A stretch of 64,000 bases of DNA, from NCBI GenBank assembly GCA_036339735.1, contig JAYZAL010000006.1, forward strand, positions 33,525-97,524, read 5' to 3'. Positions within the stretch are counted from its first letter, which is position 1. Every line of letters starts with the position of its first letter. The notes under the pieces are model-generated. The model worked only from the letters and a program-made list of their open reading frames with translations. It was not told where the DNA came from and searched no databases. The position numbers were made by a program, and so were the translations under genes. Origin of the DNA: Candidatus Poribacteria bacterium. Lineage in GTDB: Bacteria; Poribacteria; WGA-4E; UBA9662. Below, in pieces: positions 55,091-64,000 of this stretch.

Positions 55091-57814
55091 TTGTTGAAGA
55101 TTAGTACTCCTCTACCCCTTCTTATTTTCGTAATAGCAATTCCGATTATCTTCTACCCTAAATGGCTAAATTGGATCAATCCAAATCAGCCTGAAATTTC
55201 CTTTTCAGCTAACCGGTGGTTGGCTGTCATATTGCGATTTGGCTCTGTTTGCTGCTTAATTTTAGCTCTGGCAAACCTACATGGCTTGGTATTTACTGAG
55301 GCAAAATCGTTTGTACTAATAATTGATCATTCAGATAGTATTCCCTTATCAGCACGTCAGTTTGCACACCAAAAGGCCGAAGACATTATACATAAATTAA
55401 ATGATCAGGATAATTCGCAAATCATTTTTTTTGGCCAAGAACCTATTCTGTCAAGCAACTTATCAACAGTTCATAATAGCTCTATCAATGCGACGGAAAC
55501 AGATATTTCGGCAGCAATAAAAACAGCTATAACGGCCTTTTCACCTAGCATGGATAAACGTCTAGTTATATTCACAGATGGGCAACAAACTAAGGGAAAT
55601 TTAGCTGCCGCTCTGAACAATTTAGCTGGTAATGAAATACAAACTTTCATTGTCAATTTACCCATACATTATCCTTCAGAAGTAATTGTCCATGAGTTGC
55701 AAGTACCAGAAAGTGTTCAGCTGTCAGAAGAGTTCAGGATTCGTATTATACTGGAAAGTCAATCTAACACTACCGCCCCGATCGAAATTTGGCAAACCCA
55801 TCAATCGAAACGCGTACCTATCATAAAAGAAAAAAAGATTAATATAATTGAAGGCAAACAGGTTATTGAGTTTCCACACCGAATTGATTTGACTGGGAAT
55901 TATCGTTTCCAAGTACGCTTACAAATTGACGATCTATTCCAAGAAAACAACCAAGTTTTTGCCACAACATCTGTCATTTCAGAACACCCAAAAATTCTTT
56001 ATGTTGTCGATAGATTGTCCGAAAACAAGATCGGAAATTTGTGGCCAACATTAGATGAGATGACTAGCATAGAAGCAAAACAAATTGAAGCGTATCAATT
56101 CCCAAAAGACCTTACAGATTTACAATTCTATCAAACTATCATTTTAGACAATTTACCTATTGAAGTTCTGTCTTCATCTCAAATCAAGATCTTGGAACAC
56201 TACGTAGAGCAGACTGGTGGAGGGCTAATTGTGATTGGTGGCAATCAATCCTATGGCTTAGGCGGATACCACAACACAACACTAGAAAATATTCTGCCAG
56301 TTAAAATACAGCCAAAAAAAGGTAAGCAATCCTTAGCTCTCGTGATGTTGATAGACATTTCTGGCTCGATGGCAAACCAAGTTGGAAGACGTAAAAAAAT
56401 TGATTTGGCGTTGGAAGGCGTTCGGTTAGCAATTACAGGTTTAGATAAACCAGATATGGTTAGTGTGATTGGCTTCGCTGAACGTGTTCTACACGACATG
56501 CCGTTAAGCAAAGATAAGTCCCTTATACTTGGACAACTTAACCAATTTGAGCCATCTGGTGGAACAAAAATGCTGCCGGCATTAGAAATAGCTATTCAAC
56601 GTCTTGAGAATACAAAATCTGGGCACAAGCATTTACTCATTCTATCAGATGGAAAATCTGAAGGTGATTTCACTTCTATATTGCGCAAAATTTCTACATC
56701 AAAAATCTCGGTCTCAACGATTGCCGTTGGCAATATAGCTGAAGGAGTCTTGCAAAAATTAGCTGCCACGGGTCGTGGCTCCTACGAACATGTGAAAAAT
56801 GCTAGTCAACTACCGAAAGTTTTAGTTGATCAAGTTCGTCGCAGCCGGAAGTACTTAGTCAATGAAACAGTAGAACCCATAATTAGCAGTAGCAATCCTA
56901 TTCTCAAGCAGATTACTCGCCTACCTGAGCTTGACGGTTACCTAGCGACTACTGAAAAGAAAAATGCGCAAATTTTGATTACGTCGGGCACCACTAATTC
57001 CCATGGTTTAGACCAACCAATACTTGCCGTTTGGCACTATGGTTTGGGACAAGTAGCAGCGTTGACAACTGACGCAGGTCAACAATGGTCCACAAAATGG
57101 AAAACTTCAAGCCACAAATATTTCTCATGGCACCGATTTTGGTTACAGTTGATCATGGCTACCAGAAAAAATGAGAGTAGCAAGAAATTTGAGATGCAAA
57201 CTCAATTAATCAGGGGCTTAAATGGGATTGAAGGTCAAGTTCTTCTAGCCGGTCAAGTTGGCATCGGCATGTCGGCAACTTCAGTATCCCCAACCGGTCG
57301 CTTATCACCAATAGATTTGCAACTAACAGCCAGAGACCAAGCCCAAGGCCAATTTCCATTGACAGAAGTAGGCATCTATACAGTCTCCGTTCAGATTGGC
57401 AATCAACAAAAAATGGCCAGCCTAGCCGTTTCATATCCACTAGAATACCGTCATCTGGGTCAAAACAGTCAAGTTCTAACCCAGATTTCTCATCACACTA
57501 ATGGTGTATTAAATCCTTCCATTGACCAAATTACAGCCCCTTCCAGAACAAAATCGACTCAGCGACATTTCTTCACGCAACCTTTATTATTAGCAAGCTT
57601 GACTCTTTTTGTATTGGAGCTAATTTTTCGTGTTTGGCCACTTTTCCAACAATCAAAAAGCCTCGATGCCAAAAGATCGACAAACACACTAATAAATGAA
57701 CAGATTGCACTTCATCCAAAGACCGACGACAGTCCGAATGACCAATCATCATCCTTACACCAGATGTTATTAGCTAAACAGCGAAATAATCAATCATTTA
57801 CTGGCGAGGATTAG
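55091..57814 (+). CDS. Membrane protein with two VWA domains and a GATase-like (DUF1355-like) domain
   Basis: MIDAS motifs DHSDS and DISGS; TDG and SDG; 'GGGLIVIGGNQSYGLGGY..T.LE..LPV'; 'WHYGLG'; terminal TM segments. Confidence 0.8.
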   Translation: MLKISTPLPLLIFVIAIPIIFYPKWLNWINPNQPEISFSANRWLAVILRFGSVCCLILALANLHGLVFTEAKSFVLIIDHSDSIPLSARQFAHQKAEDIIHKLNDQDNSQIIFFGQEPILSSNLSTVHNSSINATETDISAAIKTAITAFSPSMDKRLVIFTDGQQTKGNLAAALNNLAGNEIQTFIVNLPIHYPSEVIVHELQVPESVQLSEEFRIRIILESQSNTTAPIEIWQTHQSKRVPIIKEKKINIIEGKQVIEFPHRIDLTGNYRFQVRLQIDDLFQENNQVFATTSVISEHPKILYVVDRLSENKIGNLWPTLDEMTSIEAKQIEAYQFPKDLTDLQFYQTIILDNLPIEVLSSSQIKILEHYVEQTGGGLIVIGGNQSYGLGGYHNTTLENILPVKIQPKKGKQSLALVMLIDISGSMANQVGRRKKIDLALEGVRLAITGLDKPDMVSVIGFAERVLHDMPLSKDKSLILGQLNQFEPSGGTKMLPALEIAIQRLENTKSGHKHLLILSDGKSEGDFTSILRKISTSKISVSTIAVGNIAEGVLQKLAATGRGSYEHVKNASQLPKVLVDQVRRSRKYLVNETVEPIISSSNPILKQITRLPELDGYLATTEKKNAQILITSGTTNSHGLDQPILAVWHYGLGQVAALTTDAGQQWSTKWKTSSHKYFSWHRFWLQLIMATRKNESSKKFEMQTQLIRGLNGIEGQVLLAGQVGIGMSATSVSPTGRLSPIDLQLTARDQAQGQFPLTEVGIYTVSVQIGNQQKMASLAVSYPLEYRHLGQNSQVLTQISHHTNGVLNPSIDQITAPSRTKSTQRHFFTQPLLLASLTLFVLELIFRVWPLFQQSKSLDAKRSTNTLINEQIALHPKTDDSPNDQSSSLHQMLLAKQRNNQSFTGED

Positions 57815-58043
57815 TTAATCTAAACCAGAAGAAAAGACCTAATCCTATTCCAGAAAAATTAGCAATTGATACATTTCCAGACCTAAGATGATTCCTACTC
57901 CCTTCAGGCAGCAAACTGAATTTGTCGAGTATCAGATTTTTGGTTACAAAATCCTAGTAATTAGTAACTTCTCATCTGATAGATTTTAGGGAAATAGATC
58001 CAAAAAACAAAAACGAAGGAAGATACTGACTATTTTCGTTAAA

Positions 58044-59048
58044 TCATCTTTTTTTAGGTCGAGCAGGTTGCCCAGTACGAGCTGATTCGTAGATGGCATC
58101 CATCAATTCAGATTGAATAATACCATTGGTCGGAGTTGTACGAGGTTCAGCTCTCCCCAAAATCGCATCAATAAAATTATCATCAGGGTTACCTGCGCTC
58201 ATGTCGTCCGTAATGGGTGGATTTTCAATTTGTTGAGACCCGTCAAATACTTTAATCCAACTCCCCCCCCAGCCATCAATATCGATCCGTCCATTGTCAA
58301 AAATATAGGTCATGTGCGAGCTATCGCTGGGGCAATTACCACTAACTACTATGCTTGCAAACACACCGTTTTCGAAACGAACGTTTATGGAAGAGTTAAT
58401 ATCTACTTCAGTACCATGATTATCAATAAAGGCAAAAACTTCAGCTACATTATTCTCGATTGACCAGCAAAGACTATTAAGCAGGTGAGCTCCACTGTCG
58501 TAAGCTTGGCCTCCACCCGATAACGCAGGGTTTTGCCTCCATGCACCCGCAGTTCCTCTTTTCCAATTTTGGCTCAGGTAACCGATAATTAATTCTAGCT
58601 TACCAAAAGTTTGGTTTCGAATTTGGTCTCTCAAGTAATAAAAATTAGAGGTGCAAGGTGTATTGTAACCAACAACCAAGACCTTTCCTGTTTCATTTGC
58701 TTTGGCCGACAAAGTGTAGGCATCATCGGCATCAGTAACCATTGGTTTTTCCATTAAGACATGGCAACCAGCTTCTAAAGCTTTCATACCTTGCTCGAAA
58801 TGGAGCGTATGTGGAGTTGAAATCAAGACCGCATCTGGTTCCGTTTCTAATAGCATTTTGTCCAGATCATCAAAAGCTGACGGGCTAGGTTCCAAATCGG
58901 GTAAATTACGATCAATATATCCTTGGGCAATATCAGTATTGACGTCACAAGCCCCGACGATCTGCACATCAGAGTTTTGGTTCATACGGCGGGCATGCCC
59001 AGATGAGTTACCCCCACAACCAACAATAGCTAAACGTACTTGACTCAT
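58044..59048 (-). CDS. Gfo/Idh/MocA-family oxidoreductase
   Basis: IVGCGG, HVLMEKP and GGGQAYDSGAH motifs. Confidence 0.9.
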   Translation of the reverse strand: MSQVRLAIVGCGGNSSGHARRMNQNSDVQIVGACDVNTDIAQGYIDRNLPDLEPSPSAFDDLDKMLLETEPDAVLISTPHTLHFEQGMKALEAGCHVLMEKPMVTDADDAYTLSAKANETGKVLVVGYNTPCTSNFYYLRDQIRNQTFGKLELIIGYLSQNWKRGTAGAWRQNPALSGGGQAYDSGAHLLNSLCWSIENNVAEVFAFIDNHGTEVDINSSINVRFENGVFASIVVSGNCPSDSSHMTYIFDNGRIDIDGWGGSWIKVFDGSQQIENPPITDDMSAGNPDDNFIDAILGRAEPRTTPTNGIIQSELMDAIYESARTGQPARPKKR

Positions 59049-59112
59049 TTAAAAAAACTCTCCTGATTTAAAAATATAATAAGTTTATTAAATCCGTTGC
59101 TCTAACACCGAA

Positions 59113-59793
59113 TTATATTTTGCTTTTTACAACAGCCCAAGTGGTTGTAATACAATCTTGGGGTGAAACGGACAAACTTTTAACTCCCTTACCACCAACA
59201 ATAAAGTCTTTATACTTTACAATGCTTTTTGAGGCACCTAAACCAATTCGGCCGCCTTGGATTTTACCAAATTTATTACGAACCCGCTCCTTGATTTTAC
59301 CACCTTCTTCTCCACCACTGAGAATAGCTTCGCCATTTTCGAAATCCAAACGAATATCAAACCATTTCTTGGGCGGGCAATTTGGTACACAATCAGCTTC
59401 GGCAACCGCACCATCTCTTTTGTGATTCTTCATACCAATCTTATCAAAAGCCCACTTTTGGCGACCACCAACAAAGACACCACCCAAATGATAATGTGCT
59501 GACTTGCCGTCATAACCAAAAACGATGAAAATATTCTGCCATTCCCCGTCCCCTAGGTCATTAGCTTTGACTGAGATGTATTCGATGCCATCCATCTCGG
59601 TTTCTTCATCCTTTTTTAATAGAACAATGGCTTCTTCCGCTACCTTGGTATTGTGGTATTCCCCTTTTTTGATTTTCCAGTCCCCACTGATAACTTCCCA
59701 CGATCTATCATCCTCAAAAGTATAATGGCGTTCCCCAGCCCAAGTGGAGTCGAGGAACAAAAAAAAGGAAATCACTAAAATCAATGCTCGCAT
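59113..59793 (-). CDS. Secreted ConA-like/DUF1080-like protein with C-terminal TTW-type tail
   Basis: AGGAG RBS; signal peptide; 'GDWKIKKG', 'WFDIRL' and 'GGRIGLG'; ends VSPQDCITTTWAVVK. Confidence 0.75.
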   Translation of the reverse strand: MRALILVISFFLFLDSTWAGERHYTFEDDRSWEVISGDWKIKKGEYHNTKVAEEAIVLLKKDEETEMDGIEYISVKANDLGDGEWQNIFIVFGYDGKSAHYHLGGVFVGGRQKWAFDKIGMKNHKRDGAVAEADCVPNCPPKKWFDIRLDFENGEAILSGGEEGGKIKERVRNKFGKIQGGRIGLGASKSIVKYKDFIVGGKGVKSLSVSPQDCITTTWAVVKSKI

Positions 59794-59822
59794 CTCTAGT
59801 CTCCTTTACAAAACACCTAAAT

Positions 59823-61796
59823 TTATTGGTTTGTTAATTCGATCAATGGTAGTGTGCTAACCTCCTTTGGTTGAAAGTCCTTGGCTTGAACAACATCTAA
59901 AAAGGCGATAAACATCTCATCGGTTGTTTTTTCTCCCCAAGTAACAGTTTTTGGAGGGTGATTCGGGTTATTGGGATTACTGGCTGAGTTATCAAAGTGC
60001 CCAACAGCTCTAACGATTGTACCGGCTGGCATGAAAATTGGCTGACGAAAATGGTAAATACTTTGCCAACTAAAATCCCAATCTTTTATCCAAATCAAAT
60101 CTTGTATTTTCCCATTGGGAAAAACAGCAGTAACACGCATATCTCTACCAATCAAGTGCATATGTGGAGAAATAGAAACAGCATAAACGTCCGTTTCCGG
60201 TTTCCATTCTGCCACTACTTCATAGTTTGAATTGTCAGCGGGAATTTGGAAACTATCATTGATAGCCATGGCAACGTGGACTTGCTTAGGGTCAACTGAA
60301 TCACAAAAATAAAGACCAACTCGGGACAAGTCTCTTTCAACTCTACCAGTTTTGTAATAGTGAATTTGTAGAACAATATCTGCACCTTTGGGAAGCAGAT
60401 ACCCAGTGCCATCTGGGTGAGGGCTCGGCCTAATTCCAGGAGCCCACCCACCTAGCCAGCCAGCTGCCTCGAAACCTGTGCCACCAAACCTAGCATAGCC
60501 TGGTTGTGGGTCTTCAGCGTCAAGTTCTCGAGCTCGACCGCTAGTATCCAGATAAATAATGACGTGGTGGACTGATCTCGGATTACCTGGATGAACGTCG
60601 AAGGCTGAGACATACATGTCCTTATCAAAATCAGTAGGAATGACGAAATGACGGTATTCATCCTCACCTTCAGCAGGAATGTCGTAAGGTGTCGACATTT
60701 CGACAACTAGGTCAGGTTGACCATGAGACCATCCGTCACTAAAAACGATCGGGATAGGCAAGTCGGAGTGGTTACCTTCTGTCATACCCAATTCGACCCA
60801 ATCGGACAAGAGATCAACCTCCCAATCTTCCATCCACTTCTCTCGCTTAAATTCACCATAACCTTTAGCAGCTTTCCAAGGTGGCATTAAACGTTTTTGA
60901 GTATATGAAACGATTTCAGTTGACCAGATTTTAGCATCTTGGTAATTGAGTAATGAGAAAGGGGCGACTTGATCAGGTCTGTGGCAACTTTGACAATGGC
61001 GTTGTAAAATTGGTGCGATGTGACGTGAGTATGTTATCTGATCAGATGAAGTTTCTACCTGATGAATCGTACAACCAAATGACTTAGTTTGTGAAATCGT
61101 AATCCTTTTTCCTTCGAGCATTTCTTCAATTGCGTTAGCCAGATATGTGTTTTTTACACGATTGCCGTATCGATTATCATCGATACTTCCAGCGTAGCAA
61201 ATTTCACCGTCTGAATTGACCAAAAATGCTTGCGGGGTCATACTTGCACCGACTTGTTGTGCCAACTTGCTGTCAAAATCTCTTACTACAGGAAAGTTAA
61301 TTTTCATTCTCTGTACATGTTGCGCGATTTTTTCAACATCATCTTCTTGATTAGAATAAATCCCTAAGACTTCGGTGTCAGGATAAGTTTGGTGCAATCG
61401 GTTTATTCGAGGGATGTATTGATTAGCAATAGGACACTGAGTCGATAAAAACAATAATACAAATGGCTTACTAATCTTTTCTAGTGAGTAGATTTTGGCA
61501 TCAATAGTTTCTAAGCGAAACCCCAGCAGAGAAGTTGGTCCTGACCACGCTTGTTTTTGTTTCAGTACTTGGTTCTTAGTATCTATTTCGTATGTCTTCG
61601 GGTTTGATACCGTATTCAAGTCGGCGACAGCAAGACAAATTCCAAACCAAGCAAACAGAGCAATTTTCACCAATTTTGTTTTTATGTTCTTCGTTATCAA
61701 GCCTAGCCCCAATTCTTTAACATTTTTAACATTATTAGCGTAGTGCAATAATGAAGTTGTAAGCATGTGATGTTTCTGACTTAGTCTATGCCTCAA
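59823..61796 (-). CDS. Redoxin + cytochrome c + copper type II (PHM/DBH-like) monooxygenase-domain protein
   Basis: STQCP..TPQAF..YAGSIDD..FGC redoxin; CQSCH; VHHVII, QIHY, PHMH and DEM. True start is probably downstream (61766 or GTG 61670). Confidence 0.8.
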   Translation of the reverse strand: MRHRLSQKHHMLTTSLLHYANNVKNVKELGLGLITKNIKTKLVKIALFAWFGICLAVADLNTVSNPKTYEIDTKNQVLKQKQAWSGPTSLLGFRLETIDAKIYSLEKISKPFVLLFLSTQCPIANQYIPRINRLHQTYPDTEVLGIYSNQEDDVEKIAQHVQRMKINFPVVRDFDSKLAQQVGASMTPQAFLVNSDGEICYAGSIDDNRYGNRVKNTYLANAIEEMLEGKRITISQTKSFGCTIHQVETSSDQITYSRHIAPILQRHCQSCHRPDQVAPFSLLNYQDAKIWSTEIVSYTQKRLMPPWKAAKGYGEFKREKWMEDWEVDLLSDWVELGMTEGNHSDLPIPIVFSDGWSHGQPDLVVEMSTPYDIPAEGEDEYRHFVIPTDFDKDMYVSAFDVHPGNPRSVHHVIIYLDTSGRARELDAEDPQPGYARFGGTGFEAAGWLGGWAPGIRPSPHPDGTGYLLPKGADIVLQIHYYKTGRVERDLSRVGLYFCDSVDPKQVHVAMAINDSFQIPADNSNYEVVAEWKPETDVYAVSISPHMHLIGRDMRVTAVFPNGKIQDLIWIKDWDFSWQSIYHFRQPIFMPAGTIVRAVGHFDNSASNPNNPNHPPKTVTWGEKTTDEMFIAFLDVVQAKDFQPKEVSTLPLIELTNQ

Positions 61797-61802
61797 TCCA
61801 TC

Positions 61803-62900
61803 TCAATCTAATGGGTGAGAACGATCAGCTAAGGGAAAAACGATTCTCTCTTTGGTTAGTTGACCACGGTAGGTAGCGTGGATCATTTCTAAGGCGGCAA
61901 CACCATCAGCCAAACTTGAGATAGGTTGAGTGTCGTTTTCTATAGCAGATATTAAATTTTCGATAGCTAATCGATTACCGCTCATCAAAGGATTGACCTC
62001 GAGGTCAATTGCTTCCCATTCCTGACCAGAGTTACTAGGCATAAAATATCGATGGGGATACAAGGTTAACGCATCTCCAGCACCACCGATTAGTGAGATA
62101 CGACCTTCTGAACCAACAAAATCTATCCCGTAGGTGCTTTCTCCACTTCCTCGACCTTTGATTGATTGGAAAAAACCAGCAATACCATTTCGGAAAGCAA
62201 AATAACTATGAATACGATCCCCAGCTATAGCCCCGACAGGTTCACCAGCTTGGCGAGCGTGATTGACTGTCACTTCTGCTCCATTTTCAGTGACATGAGC
62301 AGACATCCAAGCAACATCGCCACAAAAGTAGCGCATCATGTTAAACAAGTGAGTACCTAGTACGATCATATCTTCTCCACCACCACGGTGGTCTTGTTTC
62401 CCAGTAGCATAAACCGTTTCAACAGAACCAATGATTCCTTCATTTAACAAACTTTTTAATTGCTGGATACGAGGGAGATAAACAGCTTGATGTGCAACTG
62501 CTACCTTGAGCCCTCTTTTTTCAGCTAACTCAACCATCTGGTCACCATCAGACAAAGACAAGGCCACAGGCTTTTCACAATAGACATGACAACCAGCTTC
62601 TAAACATGCTAACACCATATCTAACCGCTCGGTGGTCCAACGAGGGCAAACACTGACAATGTCGAGTGATTCTTGGCTTAACATACGTTGATAATCAGCA
62701 TAACTAGATTGGGCCCCGGTTTCAGATACCGCTTTGTTTCGACCATCTGTATCCGGATCAGCAATACTAACAAAATCAATGTTATCTAAGCCTTGATAGG
62801 CAGTATGTAACCCATGGCCAAAGTTACCTGCCCCAGTATGACCAATTGCTCCAACTCGATATTTTTTTTGTTTCAAAGTAAAATTCCCTTGGTTTGACAA
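61803..62900 (-). CDS. Gfo/Idh/MocA-family oxidoreductase
   Basis: HVYCEKP and GGGEDMIVLGTH motifs. Confidence 0.88.
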   Translation of the reverse strand: MSNQGNFTLKQKKYRVGAIGHTGAGNFGHGLHTAYQGLDNIDFVSIADPDTDGRNKAVSETGAQSSYADYQRMLSQESLDIVSVCPRWTTERLDMVLACLEAGCHVYCEKPVALSLSDGDQMVELAEKRGLKVAVAHQAVYLPRIQQLKSLLNEGIIGSVETVYATGKQDHRGGGEDMIVLGTHLFNMMRYFCGDVAWMSAHVTENGAEVTVNHARQAGEPVGAIAGDRIHSYFAFRNGIAGFFQSIKGRGSGESTYGIDFVGSEGRISLIGGAGDALTLYPHRYFMPSNSGQEWEAIDLEVNPLMSGNRLAIENLISAIENDTQPISSLADGVAALEMIHATYRGQLTKERIVFPLADRSHPLD

Positions 62901-63401
62901 AATCCAGCCTATTTCTCGAATTCTATCATAAATTAATTCTGATTTGGTTCCTTTTTGTTGTTGGGATATGATTTATTTGGTTGTTGCAACAATGATATAA
63001 TCAAAGTAAAATGTCGTGTTAGAGATCAGCCTCAAAACTGTATTTGAAAGACTTCACTTGTTTTTTCCTATTTAATTCCTAGAGATTTTAATGGATGAAA
63101 AGTAATATCCATACATCCAATACCAATTTGAAAATTGGAAATTAAAGATTGAACCGTATACTGCTCAACTTTGCAGTGATTGAACGATTTCAAAGACGAA
63201 GCCATTCCTGATTTCTTTTTTCCAGCATACTTGTTAGTGAAAATTGGATAATTCAGATCATTGCTGGAGCCCGAGTTTACTTGATATCAATCTTAGCTCA
63301 ATAATCCCGAAAATAAGAGATCATAAAAAATAATATTACGCCATAACAGTAACGGCTGCTGGCTAACCAAAACAAAAATTAATTCGTTATAGGAGCTGAT
63401 T

Positions 63402-64000
63402 ATTTCCACTATTTATAAAAACCCCTACTCTAGCTCATCTCGTTGGTTAAGAGGTAACCTGCACGCACATACCTGCTGTGGCAAGTTTATGGATGCCAGC
63501 GTCAGTGGACACATCTATGCTGAACTAGGCTATGATTTTCTGGCTATTACTGATCACAACAACGCTCATAGTTTCGACCAGTGGGAAAAATGGCAAACAG
63601 AAACTGATTTGTTAATTGTTCCGGGAGAAGAAAACGGAAGCCGAGGCCATATTTTAGAACTCGGTATACAGTCAGTCACCCAAACCGAATCAGATTTGTA
63701 TAGTGAACGAGCAAAAAGCTTGTATCAAGCTGGTGGATTTATTGTGGGTTGTCACCCTCAGGAATACCCGGAATGTGGGGAAGAAGACATTCGGTCCGCT
63801 GTCGAACATTTGCATGGATTCGAAATTTTTAATGGTTTACGTGAAAGCCGAGGCTGTGACGAAACAGCTAACGTCGCACTTTGGGATCAAATCCTAACCG
63901 AAGGTGGCCAAATTTGGGGAGTTGCGACAGACGATTTTCATTGTGCCTATATCACTCCTGGTCATGGTTGGGTCATGGTACAAATACCAGAAGATTCCCC
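63402..64000 (+). CDS. PHP-domain metallohydrolase (CehA/McbA-like), 3'-truncated; absent from the ORF track
   Basis: Manual translation gives WLRGNLHAHT...GYDFLAITDHN...PGEE...CHP...EIFNG...WD...ATDDFH, open to the window end. The start appears to be ATT after AGGAG. Confidence 0.8.
   Translation, partial: MSTIYKNPYSSSSRWLRGNLHAHTCCGKFMDASVSGHIYAELGYDFLAITDHNNAHSFDQWEKWQTETDLLIVPGEENGSRGHILELGIQSVTQTESDLYSERAKSLYQAGGFIVGCHPQEYPECGEEDIRSAVEHLHGFEIFNGLRESRGCDETANVALWDQILTEGGQIWGVATDDFHCAYITPGHGWVMVQIPEDS

Noticed and set aside
62901-63389. ncRNA or small gene in the ~490-nt divergent intergenic region
   Set aside because: Only a TGATATAAT extended -10 and one short TCCAGCA/TGCTGGA pairing were seen, which is too little to call.
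63703-63897. 64-aa ORF from the track
   Set aside because: It is out of frame within the longer PHP hydrolase reading frame, which carries all the conserved motifs.

Overview
64 kb of moderately AT-rich chromosome from a diderm (LPS-exporting) bacterium. No tRNA, rRNA, CRISPR array or transposase was recognised. Five unrelated, apparently secreted proteins share a C-terminal 'V-D/S-x-x-x-K-x-T-T-T-W-x-x-I/V/L-K' tail, which I recall from Candidatus Poribacteria proteins; the taxonomy is an inference. Core content: rsmB; an 11-subunit complex I-like operon (nuoABCD-H-IJKLMN, no nuoEFG); tetrapyrrole genes (SirC-like, hemA, hemC, cobA-hemD); ccmEFH; lptFG; livKHMGF; nadB; and several sugar, oxidoreductase and hydrolase genes. 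Most unusual: (1) a cytochrome-oxidase-subunit-IV/type-1-copper cupredoxin fusion gene coupled into the nuo operon between nuoH and an insertion-bearing nuoI; (2) a four-gene operon with two cytoplasmic beta/gamma-crystallin proteins, a long-repeat flotillin and a zinc-finger/discoidin protein; (3) the candidate C-terminal sorting signal; (4) an LmtA-like methyltransferase next to lptFG; (5) a PHP hydrolase that appears to need an ATT start codon. All calls come from reading motifs by eye; no database searches were run.
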